Assembly: GCA_005879605.1 (NCBI GenBank)
Contig: VBKE01000001.1
Span: 53,067 to 117,066, forward strand
Length of the DNA: 64,000 bases
Direction of reading: 5' to 3'
Origin: Deltaproteobacteria bacterium
Lineage (GTDB): Bacteria > Desulfobacterota > Binatia > UBA9968
Below are positions 49,908 to 58,765 of the stretch, one piece after another. The translations under genes were made by a program, and so were the position numbers. Position 1 is the first letter of the stretch. Each line of letters begins with the position of its first letter. The notes beneath the pieces were generated by a model. The model ran no database searches, was not told the DNA's origin, and saw only the letters and a list, made by a program, of their open reading frames with translations.

Positions 49908-50112
49908 TGGCTTCGAACACATCCCTCTCTTCCTCTAAGTCGCCGTGGTGCTCGGGTCCGCACGTTCACGAAAGTCGTCCTCATCGCGGGCACCTGCAGA
50001 TGAACGCGCTATTTTACATTCGCAGTCGAGATTTTTCCTGCAAATATTTTGCGCTAAGACCACGACGGCGAGAAAAGAAATGATATCATGGGTTAGGCCT
50101 AGATATTTCAAA

Positions 50113-50889
50113 ATGCTCCTGGACCCCTCTCGCAGTTCTGTCGCCATAGTGTTGATTTTTCGCGTTGCCTTGCTCGGTGCGCTTTCGTTAGCGACGCAAT
50201 CTGCGGTCTCTGCTTCTCCCGCCGGAGACGAACCTTCACCCGTAGAATCGAAAGAACACCAAAGTGCGGCGGTTCGACACTTCAGGCGCTCAATCGCGAG
50301 AATGCAGCCGTTGATAAAGCGCTATGGGTACTGGGCTGCAGCAGGGGCGACGTTGGTAGAGGGGATGGGAATCCCCGCGCCCGGCCAAACCCTTCTCATA
50401 GCGGGGGCTTTCGAGGCTGCCCGCGGGCGGATGAACATCGCGCTGCTCCTGCTCCTTGTGACTGGCGGCGCTCTAGTAGGCAACAGCCTCGGTTATGTGA
50501 TAGGCCGTTGGGCTGGCCGAGCCGCGCTGCACAAGCTCAAGGTCAACCCGCAGCGACAGCAGTACCTCGATGACCTTTTCAAGCGCCGTGGCGGCCCGAT
50601 CATCCTGTTGGCGCGCTTTGTCGATGGGTTACGGCAGTTGAACGGGATAATCTCGGGCGTGATGAAGATGCCGTGGTGGACCTTCACGGCGTACAACGTT
50701 GGCGGGGCGCTCCTATGGACTTTCGCCTGGGGGCTCGGAACTTACTATTTGGGTCGGGACATTCGCTTCATTGCAGCTTTTTTCCATCGGCACCGCGCGT
50801 TCTTTTTCGCACTGAGCGTGACCGCTTTGCTCGCTTTGTTGGTCTACTTTTTTTCGCCCAAGAATAGGGCGTTAAACGAAGATGCATAG
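50113..50889 (+). CDS. DedA family membrane protein
   Basis: RYGY...VEGMGIPAPGQTLLIAG, GNSLGYVIGR, ARFVDGLRQ, FTAYNVGGALLW; start uncertain. Confidence 0.88.
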   Translation: MLLDPSRSSVAIVLIFRVALLGALSLATQSAVSASPAGDEPSPVESKEHQSAAVRHFRRSIARMQPLIKRYGYWAAAGATLVEGMGIPAPGQTLLIAGAFEAARGRMNIALLLLLVTGGALVGNSLGYVIGRWAGRAALHKLKVNPQRQQYLDDLFKRRGGPIILLARFVDGLRQLNGIISGVMKMPWWTFTAYNVGGALLWTFAWGLGTYYLGRDIRFIAAFFHRHRAFFFALSVTALLALLVYFFSPKNRALNEDA

Positions 50890-51014
50890 GCGCCAGGTTC
50901 GAAAGTAACGACTCTCGGCAACACCTTATTGCTTTCAAAAGCGAACGACGATTTTTGGTAACAAGAAAACTGCTAGCGTGAAGCAGCGGTTCAGTTGACA
51001 CCGACGCTTTTCAC

Positions 51015-51119
51015 TCATGATTGCAGTATCGAATGTATCATACCCCAAGCGGCATAAAGGACTGTAAGCCCAACTACAAGCCAAACCACGACCTTAAACC
51101 AAAATGGCATATCTCCCAT
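51015..51119 (-). CDS. 34-aa single-pass membrane peptide (not in the ORF track)
   Basis: MGDMPFWFKVVVWLVVGLTVLYAAWGMIHSILQS*; purine-rich GAGATAGGGA upstream; co-oriented 98 bp downstream of the TVP38 gene. Confidence 0.6.
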   Translation of the reverse strand: MGDMPFWFKVVVWLVVGLTVLYAAWGMIHSILQS

Positions 51120-51217
51120 GCTTTAATCCCTATCTCGTCTCAACGTTTCAGAAGCGAAGGACGCAAAAGTGCCCGGTAATCTAGTCTCTTGGAACCTCTC
51201 ACTGGTAAACCAAATCA

Positions 51218-51934
51218 TCACTCATGCCGGATCGTTCTCAACCAGTGAACGAAACGGTCTTTACACAGGTAGCCGACAAATAGAAGGACCGCACAAAGAA
51301 CGGCAATTATCGCTGCGGTCGGGTAATCTTGTTTTCTAATGCTCACCCCTTGGATTGTAAGCAGGTATGTCCCGGGCATGCGACCCAACGTGGATACAAT
51401 CAAGAAGATGCTGAGCTTCATTCCCGTGAGGCCTAGGACATAACACAAAATGTCCTTTGGAAAACCGGGCAAGAGAAAAAGCAAGAAGCAGATTACTTCT
51501 CCTGTGTTCGTCGAGAGGAAGTTAAATTTGTCCAGAATGTCCTTCCTAATAAATCTCTCAACAAACGGTCTTCCCAAGATATCGGCAATCTCGAAAGCCG
51601 CCCACGAACCGAGCGTGAGTCCCAAGCTTGAGAAAAGAAACCCAAACGACACCCCATAAAGGTAGCCGCCCACTACGCCGGTCAACTCTCCCGGTATCGG
51701 CGAGATAATCACCTGTAACGCTTGCAACAAGATAAACATGGCAGAAGAATAGGGCCCCAGGGAAACAAGGAATCGGGCCAGCCTTCTTCTCCTCGTGAAT
51801 AACTTCCCAATTGTTTCAGCCGGTCCCATAACACTAAGTGGTTGTGGTCCGTAACGGCTCGAGAAGAAAATCAGTGCAATGAGCAGGACAAGAATCGTCC
51901 CTTTGATGAGAATCTTGCGTTGCTTGGTGGTCAT
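51218..51934 (-). CDS. TVP38/TMEM64 (DedA superfamily, SNARE-associated) protein
   Basis: FILLQALQVIISPIPGELTGVVGGYLYG, FLLPGFPKDILCY, GRMPGT; ATG 51934. Confidence 0.9.
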   Translation of the reverse strand: MTTKQRKILIKGTILVLLIALIFFSSRYGPQPLSVMGPAETIGKLFTRRRRLARFLVSLGPYSSAMFILLQALQVIISPIPGELTGVVGGYLYGVSFGFLFSSLGLTLGSWAAFEIADILGRPFVERFIRKDILDKFNFLSTNTGEVICFLLFLLPGFPKDILCYVLGLTGMKLSIFLIVSTLGRMPGTYLLTIQGVSIRKQDYPTAAIIAVLCAVLLFVGYLCKDRFVHWLRTIRHE

Positions 51935-52103
51935 GACTAGAGACCGAAAGAAAAATGCATCAACAGCGAGAGGAAATGACGAGCGCGCGGCATAGTCTTT
52001 CGAAGCAACTAACACCGATTACCGATGAGTTTGGGTGATTTTAAATTCGCCAAGTAATGCTTGGACCGCGGGTTGGTTATCTAGTTAAGCGCGGTGGAGC
52101 AAA

Positions 52104-52313
52104 TCACTCGATCGCCTTTCCGTCGGTTTTATGTTGAGACGCTTGAGGTGGTGCTTTGGGATCGGGTTCCTCGCCCTCGAGTTCCTTCTTGAATCCCCGT
52201 ATTGCCTCTCCGAGCCCCTTGCCAAGCTCCGGCAGTTTCTTCGGGCCAAAAACAACCAGCGCAACTAGAAAAATAACTATGAGGTGGAGAGGCTGAAAAA
52301 GACCTTCAAACAT
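52104..52313 (-). CDS. tatA: Twin-arginine translocase subunit TatA/E
   Basis: HLIVIFLVALVVFGPKKLPELGKGLGEAIRGFKK. Confidence 0.93.
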   Translation of the reverse strand: MFEGLFQPLHLIVIFLVALVVFGPKKLPELGKGLGEAIRGFKKELEGEEPDPKAPPQASQHKTDGKAIE

Positions 52314-52334
52314 AACGATTCTTCCGCGAGTTTG

Positions 52335-54116
52335 TCAGCGCAGTCGTATAGATGAGTTGTCTGTTTCGGCGCGGCAGCGATTTGACACCAGAACAAAATC
52401 ATCAAAGCTCGTGAGCCTCCTAGGAACTGCACCGACTTCCTTGGTCAGCCGGGGCAGGTTTTTTTCTTTCAGGAAGATCCGCAGCGGCAGTTCATTTTTG
52501 CCGCACTGAGCAGCGAACTCCTCAAAGGTAAAAAGGACCTGGCCGTAACCGGCGGCCGGAGCTGGACGCTTCTCCGCTACATAAAAACTGCCCATTATGT
52601 TTCCCTTCTCCGGTGACTGTACGAGCCAGATCGGTTTGTCAATCCGCAGATAGAACAGCAGCCCCTCGATATAAGTGTCGTAAAATACCAGACGGTCCGG
52701 ACGATCTATCAAAGCAGCCGTTGCCTGCGCGGTTGACTTTGCCGCACGACGGAACGAAGCTCTTGCCACAATCTGCCCGGCCAAAATGAAAAAGAGAGCA
52801 AGGCTGACGGCAGTACACATGAAAGCCGCGCCCTGGCCTTTCCAAACACTCTTTAGATCACCGGCTACAAAAACTCCAAAAACGAGGGAGATAATAGTCC
52901 CGTACAACAGAAGCAGCGAAACGCTCTGAGGCACGTCGGATCTAATATCTCTCGCCAAGAGATTCGGCCACGCCGCCCCCACAAGAAGATAGACAATGAA
53001 GGCGACTATAAAAATTCCAGGAATGTAGAGTATCCTCGATCGCTTCGGGTCTTGCATTTTAGCGGCCACGGCTTGCCCCGTTAGGATCGCCAGGGCCGGA
53101 TAAATGGGCAAGATATAATGCGGTAGCTTAGCATTCGATGCTGAAAAAAAAGCAAAAGGTAGGATCACCCACAGGGTCAAAAGAAGATTCGCACCGGTGA
53201 ACGTTCGATTCCACAGGTTTTTCGCCGTGACGGGTATGAAAAAACTCCAGGGTAAAAACCCGATTCCTAAAACCAAGAAAAAGTAATACCAGGTCTTGGT
53301 GCGGCTGAAATGCGGTGTCAGGTAGCGAACAAAATGCTCTTCCCACAAAAAGTACCGTAGGTAGCCCGGATTTCTCGACTCTACCCATAAATACCAAGGC
53401 GCAACGACAGCAAAGTAGACAATGGTCCCTAGGAGGATATTGAGTCGCCTCAGCAAAAACCATTTACCTGTAAGCAACAGATAAAAGAAAATGACCGCAC
53501 CCGGGATAACCAATGCGATCGGTCCCTTCACAAGCGTCCCGGCTCCCATCGCCGCATACATAAGGAGACAATGTCTTTTCCCGGCTCTCGGATCGTCGGT
53601 CTGTGTGACCGCATAAAATGAAAAAAGCGCCAAAGAGATGAACAAGGTCAAGGTCATGTCAAAGATCACAATCCGTGAGAATAAGAAGAACTCAAGGCTT
53701 GTGATCAAGACCAAAGAGCTCCACAAGCCCTCCTGCAATCCCCATTGAAGTCGAGCAAATCGGTAAACCAGAAAAATGCAACCAAGGCCTGCCAATGCGG
53801 ATGGCAATCGAGCCGACCATTCCGACAGACCGAATAGCTTGAAAGAAATCGCCACTAACCAATAGAAAAAAATGGGCTTATCTAGAGTTGGCAGGAAATT
53901 TTGATAGGGTGTCACCCAGTCGCCTAACAATAGAATCTCCCGCGCTTTCTCCGCGTTTCTACCTTCATCCGGCTCGAACAAAGCTGAGCTGCCCAGGCTG
54001 CTAAAGACGATAACCAGGCATACTAAACAAACCAGCCAAAACCAGCTTCGTTCCCCGATGCCGCTCACGCGGTTCTGACTGGCTATTGATTGCGAGATAT
54101 TGCTCTGATCGATCAT
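52335..54116 (-). CDS. ArnT-like glycosyltransferase family 39, copy 2
   Basis: EPDEGRNAEKAREI..GDWVTP, DKPIFFYW, EWSARLPSAL, TLVKGPI, EEHFVRY, AKLPHYILP; ATG 54116. Confidence 0.9.
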   Translation of the reverse strand: MIDQSNISQSIASQNRVSGIGERSWFWLVCLVCLVIVFSSLGSSALFEPDEGRNAEKAREILLLGDWVTPYQNFLPTLDKPIFFYWLVAISFKLFGLSEWSARLPSALAGLGCIFLVYRFARLQWGLQEGLWSSLVLITSLEFFLFSRIVIFDMTLTLFISLALFSFYAVTQTDDPRAGKRHCLLMYAAMGAGTLVKGPIALVIPGAVIFFYLLLTGKWFLLRRLNILLGTIVYFAVVAPWYLWVESRNPGYLRYFLWEEHFVRYLTPHFSRTKTWYYFFLVLGIGFLPWSFFIPVTAKNLWNRTFTGANLLLTLWVILPFAFFSASNAKLPHYILPIYPALAILTGQAVAAKMQDPKRSRILYIPGIFIVAFIVYLLVGAAWPNLLARDIRSDVPQSVSLLLLYGTIISLVFGVFVAGDLKSVWKGQGAAFMCTAVSLALFFILAGQIVARASFRRAAKSTAQATAALIDRPDRLVFYDTYIEGLLFYLRIDKPIWLVQSPEKGNIMGSFYVAEKRPAPAAGYGQVLFTFEEFAAQCGKNELPLRIFLKEKNLPRLTKEVGAVPRRLTSFDDFVLVSNRCRAETDNSSIRLR

Positions 54117-54154
54117 GGGGAAATTTTGAGTCGCTTTAATTCCCCGAACGACTT

Positions 54155-55264
54155 TTATTCTTCGGTTGTAAAGTAGAAAAATCCGATCATCGCGAAAATG
54201 GTATTGGGAATCCACGCGGCGATAGAGGCGGGCAGTGCTCCGCTATGGCCCAGGGAAATGCACAAGGCTGTCAGCACCCAATAACCGAAGCCGACAACCA
54301 TGGCAGCGCCAAAACTCAATGCGAGCCCCGCGCTCATTTGCTTCTTCAGCGCGAAAGGCGTCGCCAAGAGCACCATCAAAGGCGAGATAAATGGCAGCGC
54401 CAATTTTGTCTGGAGATCGACCTCGTCTGATGTCGTATCCATGCCCTTAGCCTTCATTTCAGAGATCTGTCTCTGTAGGTCGAAGAAGGTGAATTCTTCA
54501 GGGTCACGCGCCAGTAGCTTCAGATCATCTGGAGTGTTTGAAATGGTCGGCAAGTCAGTATCCTTTCGCCTAACCATTTTACCGTCTGCCAAGATATTCC
54601 ATCCCGTCGCTTCTTTGGCCTCCCATTCATGACCATTCCACCGAGCGCTCGGAACCTCTACGAGACCTCGCAGGCTGAAATCTCGATTGAGCAAAAAAAC
54701 GGTGACGTGCTCAAGGACATTTGTTCGGGTATCGAAATTGCCGATGTTTATAAAGCTACCCTGCGCGCGTAGCCATATTTCGCGAGTTCCAAAAAGACTT
54801 TGCTGTTGCTTTTTTTGGATTTCTACTTTGTAAATGGCTTGGGCGCGATGAGCGAAGATCGGCACGAGAGCTTCGTTCCAGAAAAACGTAAACAAACAAA
54901 TAAACATAGAAAGTATCAAGAGAGGTAAAGCGATTCTCTGGACGCTGATCCCGCTTGAGCGCATGGCGGTAATTTCGTTCGTTCGCGCTGCCATACCCAA
55001 ACAGAACAGAGTCGAAAACAGCGTGGCGAATCCGATCACGCGAGAAATCGAGAGCGGAGCGTTGTAAATAAAATAGCGAATCACGGTCCAAACCGGGATT
55101 GCATTGTCGAGAAAATTAGTGATCCGATCGAAAAAATCGACGACGATATACAATGATGTTGTAACCAGGAGACTGGAAAAAAAGATCCGGAGAAATGCCC
55201 GAACTAAATAGCCGTCAATAATACTGCCCAAGGGGAGGTTTTTGATCCCTCCGCGCGTGTCCAT
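54155..55264 (-). CDS. lptG: LPS export ABC transporter permease LptG (LptF/LptG family)
   Basis: IDGYLVRAFL, NEITAMRSSGIS, KLALPF, SLGHSGALP..AAWIPN motifs. Confidence 0.85.
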   Translation of the reverse strand: MDTRGGIKNLPLGSIIDGYLVRAFLRIFFSSLLVTTSLYIVVDFFDRITNFLDNAIPVWTVIRYFIYNAPLSISRVIGFATLFSTLFCLGMAARTNEITAMRSSGISVQRIALPLLILSMFICLFTFFWNEALVPIFAHRAQAIYKVEIQKKQQQSLFGTREIWLRAQGSFINIGNFDTRTNVLEHVTVFLLNRDFSLRGLVEVPSARWNGHEWEAKEATGWNILADGKMVRRKDTDLPTISNTPDDLKLLARDPEEFTFFDLQRQISEMKAKGMDTTSDEVDLQTKLALPFISPLMVLLATPFALKKQMSAGLALSFGAAMVVGFGYWVLTALCISLGHSGALPASIAAWIPNTIFAMIGFFYFTTEE

Positions 55265-55425
55265 CGGCAACTCTCAGCTCTTGTTTCGAAGTCTAGCTAT
55301 ACATCGACCGGCCCAAGCCAGTCCGGTATCCAGCTTAGTTTGGAACATAGCGACGATCCCTGAGCGCCTTCGAAAAAAGGTGAGTCCCTATCACACAGGT
55401 AGAACCCCGCCTTGCAATCATCGGG

Positions 55426-55531
55426 GTTTACGGTAGCGCATTGATACTTCACGCTCAATTTTTGAAGCAGATTCAGAAGGGCTAATTACGAGGAAATAAA
55501 GGGCTAGAGTATTCTAGCCCTTTAGAGCTAT
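55426..55531 (-). promoter_or_regulatory. Duplicated promoter cassette, copy 2 (lptG-ArnT-tatA-TVP38 operon)
   Basis: Minus strand: TAGCTCT-AA-AGGGCTA, TAGCCCT, TAGCCCT, then TTGAGC-17bp-TACCGT. Confidence 0.8.
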
Positions 55532-55556
55532 CGCAACGGAGATGGTTCAGGCGGTC

Positions 55557-56225
55557 CTATTCGAGAGAGCTTTTCACGGTAACCAGGCCTTGCTGGATTG
55601 CCAGAGCGGCAGCCTGCACTCGGTTTTGGAGATGGAGTTTTGCGAGAATATTTTTGAGGTGATTCTTTACGGTGTTTTCCGCGATATCCAATCGGGTCCC
55701 GATTTCTTTGTTAGTGAGTCCCGCGGCCAACAGTTGGAGTACCTCTTTCTCCCGTTCCGTGAGGTCGGCCGCAGCGGTCGTTTGGGAATTTTTAGACGCC
55801 CTTGCGGCGAACTCTTTCAAAATTCTCGCGGCGGTCCCTTGAGAGAGGGGCGCTTCACCGCGAAACACGCCTTCCAGCAGTTCGCGCAGCTTCTCCGGCT
55901 CCACTTTTTTGGAAAGATAGCCGTGGGCTCCGCACTTGATCGCTTCAAACAGGTCCCTATCTTCCTCGGAGATCGTTAAGATGACCACGCGGGTTGCCGG
56001 CAATGTGCTGGTAATCTGACGAGTTGCCTCTAAGCCGTTGACGACGGGCATATGAATGTCCATCAACACGAGATCCGGCTTCCCGGCCTGGGCCCTTGCG
56101 ATCGCCTCTGCTCCGTTTTCAGCTTCGCCCATGATCTCGAAGCATTTTTCCTTTTCGAGGAGACTGGCCAAGCCCTTTCTGAAGAGAGTGTGGTCGTCAG
56201 CCAGCAGCACGCGAATGGTTTTCAT
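55557..56225 (-). CDS. NarL/LuxR-family DNA-binding response regulator
   Basis: VLLADDH, PDLVLMDIHMP, GAHGYLSK, LTEREKEVLQLLAAGLTNKEIG..TVKNHLKNILAKL. Confidence 0.95.
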   Translation of the reverse strand: MKTIRVLLADDHTLFRKGLASLLEKEKCFEIMGEAENGAEAIARAQAGKPDLVLMDIHMPVVNGLEATRQITSTLPATRVVILTISEEDRDLFEAIKCGAHGYLSKKVEPEKLRELLEGVFRGEAPLSQGTAARILKEFAARASKNSQTTAAADLTEREKEVLQLLAAGLTNKEIGTRLDIAENTVKNHLKNILAKLHLQNRVQAAALAIQQGLVTVKSSLE

Positions 56226-57729
56226 CGAATCCTTGCTGTGCCAGCGGGAGCCGGATGATCATTAGGCTTCCCCGTCCCGGGACGCTGTTAATGCCAAGTA
56301 TGCCGCCCACAGACTTGGCGCGATCTTTCATGGTCTCAAGGCCAAAGCGGAGACTTGTCTCCAAGGTTCTATCCGTGAAGAAACCCCTTCCGTCATCTTC
56401 GATGGTTATAGTGGCGGCGTCGTTGTCATTTTCTATCGTGATCTTCCCCTTCGTCGCCCGCGCGTGTTTAACGATGTTGGTCAAGGCCTCATGGATGATG
56501 CGGATCAACTGGATTTCTACTTGAGAAGAAAAATTGATCGTTTCGGGATGATCAACTTTGAGTTCCACGGGAATTTTTCTCACGTCGCTAAAATCCCTGA
56601 GATAATCGGCAAGGGCGGCGACGAGTCCGACGTGATTCTTCAGAGCGAGAGCGCGCAGGCCGAATATGGATTCGCGAAGGTTTTGATAGGCTTCGTCAAC
56701 GATCTGAAACAATTCCCTCAATAGGTTGTTGGTTTCAGTGGACGCGTTCCCGCCGAAGCTTCTTTCTGCCTCAATGAGTTTGATACGAAGGAAGGCTAAG
56801 TCCTGGGCGAGGCTGTCGTGAAGCTCACAGGCCAATCGTTCTCGCTCGTCTAAAATGGCCAGCCCCTTTTGTTTGTCTTGGTGTTCTTTTAACTGTCCGG
56901 CCATGCGATTGAAGGCGTGGCTCAAGAGACCGATCTCGTCCCTCGATGTAATGGGCATATTTTCGGGGACTTCTCCCTTTGCGATTTCGCTGGACCTTTC
57001 AGCGAGCTGACGGAGAGGGAGAGCAATCGCATGATGAAAGTAGCGTCTTGACGCCAGCAGAAAGACGGTGCCGATAAGAACCAATGCGACATTGAAACCT
57101 ATCGTCATTCTCATTTTTTGTCGGGTTTCCGAAACTAGCTGATCCTCGATTCTCTCGTGTTCCACGCTTATCCGATCAGTGAATCCTTGGATCCGCTGCT
57201 GTATCGCCTCCATCGCTTCCAGGGCGCGGGTATCCACGTCGCTACGCGATCGCTCGGGGCCATTCTGCGATTGGCCGACGATTCGCTCCGCGACCCGTTC
57301 GGCATCGGTAATCATTTGACGCATCTCTTGGATGTTTCGGTCGGATCCGCCGACGTTTTTGTAGAGCGTTAGCAGCGTTTCGAAATCTGTCATGGAAGTA
57401 CGTATCAGAGAACCGGGAATCGTTTTGTTTTGCAGTTGGGCCAGCTGGACCTGAGAAGTGAAATACTGTAATCGCCTATCTATTCGTTCTACGGTATGAA
57501 CCTGCTCGCTCTGTCTGGCTATAACGTCTGACTTGAGAAGGTGGGAGCTTAAAAGATACAGAGAGCTTCCTCCAACCAAAAGGACTAATATGAAAAGGGA
57601 AACAAAAACAAAGCTCAATCGGCGATCGATTCGCCCGGTGAACTCCGTTCGGGAGGAGTCATTTTGTGCTACACTTTGACTGTTTGCGCGATATGTGTTT
57701 GGGAATAAAAAGCCGGCCAAAGACGACAT
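56197..57729 (-). CDS. NarX-type (HisKA_3) sensor histidine kinase with HAMP domain
   Basis: Two TM helices around a helical periplasmic domain, RDEIGLLSHAFNRM HAMP, ERERLACELHDSLAQ H-box, EALTNIVKHA, IEDDGRGF, FGLETMKDRA. Confidence 0.93.
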   Translation of the reverse strand: MSSLAGFLFPNTYRANSQSVAQNDSSRTEFTGRIDRRLSFVFVSLFILVLLVGGSSLYLLSSHLLKSDVIARQSEQVHTVERIDRRLQYFTSQVQLAQLQNKTIPGSLIRTSMTDFETLLTLYKNVGGSDRNIQEMRQMITDAERVAERIVGQSQNGPERSRSDVDTRALEAMEAIQQRIQGFTDRISVEHERIEDQLVSETRQKMRMTIGFNVALVLIGTVFLLASRRYFHHAIALPLRQLAERSSEIAKGEVPENMPITSRDEIGLLSHAFNRMAGQLKEHQDKQKGLAILDERERLACELHDSLAQDLAFLRIKLIEAERSFGGNASTETNNLLRELFQIVDEAYQNLRESIFGLRALALKNHVGLVAALADYLRDFSDVRKIPVELKVDHPETINFSSQVEIQLIRIIHEALTNIVKHARATKGKITIENDNDAATITIEDDGRGFFTDRTLETSLRFGLETMKDRAKSVGGILGINSVPGRGSLMIIRLPLAQQGFDENHSRAAG

Positions 57730-57839
57730 CAGATTTCAACTATAGCATACGTAATCGGGCAATCTAGAGCATAGGTGATGGGTAAGAAGAGCCCAGGTTC
57801 CATCGTCTGGGACGAATTTCGAGTTTCATATCGAAGCTT

Positions 57840-58619
57840 TCATCGTGTGACGAGATTCCCCATGACTCTCCCGGCGAGGAGCGTCTGCATCCGGCGGGGA
57901 GTAAGCTTCAGAGCGTAGACCAACAATCGGTTATGCCAGCCCGGAATCGCAACCGGCTTCTTGCCAAGTTTTTTTAGTCCCAGTTCAACGACCGGTTGCA
58001 CCGACATGGCAGCGACAGCGGATGAACCCGCGATTTCATGGAATTCTGTGTCCGTGGAGCCGGGACAGAGCGCTAGGACGTCCACTCCATCCTTTTTTAG
58101 CTCGTAGCCCAGAGACTCGGCCAAAAAGAGTTCATAGACTTTGCTTGCGGCATAGCTAGCTTCAAAAGGAGTTGCAATGTACGCGCTTACCGAAGAGACG
58201 AAAATGATTCCCCCTCTTTTCCGCTGCGCCATTTGCCGCCCGAATACATGACTCAAAATCACGGGCGCGCGGCAGTTGACGTCCAGTAGGGCCAGCTCTT
58301 TTTCTAAATCATGCTCTAAAAATCTGCTCGCGACGCCGAAGCCGGCGTTGTTGATCAGCAGCCCCACATCGATGGATTCAGTTGCCGAAAGAATCAGCGG
58401 GAGGAAGTCAGGCTGGGACAAGTCGGCCGTGACGATGCGGAGTTGTATTTTGTGCCTGTTTTCTAACTCGCGCGCTAAATCTTCCATTCTCTGTCGACGT
58501 CGAGCGACCAGCACCAGATTTAAACCCATTTCCGACAACTGCCGGGCAAACTCTGTGCCGATACCCGCGGAAGCACCGGTTACGAGCGCCCACGGCCCAT
58601 AGCGGTCTCTAAATGTCAT
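57840..58619 (-). CDS. SDR family oxidoreductase
   Basis: YGPWALVTGASAGIG, LINNAG, YAASK, LCPGSTDTEF. Confidence 0.92.
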   Translation of the reverse strand: MTFRDRYGPWALVTGASAGIGTEFARQLSEMGLNLVLVARRRQRMEDLARELENRHKIQLRIVTADLSQPDFLPLILSATESIDVGLLINNAGFGVASRFLEHDLEKELALLDVNCRAPVILSHVFGRQMAQRKRGGIIFVSSVSAYIATPFEASYAASKVYELFLAESLGYELKKDGVDVLALCPGSTDTEFHEIAGSSAVAAMSVQPVVELGLKKLGKKPVAIPGWHNRLLVYALKLTPRRMQTLLAGRVMGNLVTR

Positions 58620-58765
58620 CGCCGGGAACTCCTTTCTTCGAGCAGTGTATCTCGGCGAAAATCGCGCGCATAGTCAATGGCAAAGATTTGCTGGCAAGTC
58701 CGCCTGGAAGATCAGAGACGGAACACTACGCCGAGAACGCCGAAAAATTATAGCGAGCGAATGAT

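Noticed and set aside
51145-51190. GGACGCAAAAG resembling a c-di-GMP-I riboswitch core
   Set aside because: No GAAA-capped P2 stem, and it is on the strand opposite the local genes
49802-55531. The 106-bp direct repeats as attL/attR sites or composite transposon ends
   Set aside because: No integrase or transposase; mismatch pattern and position fit promoters better
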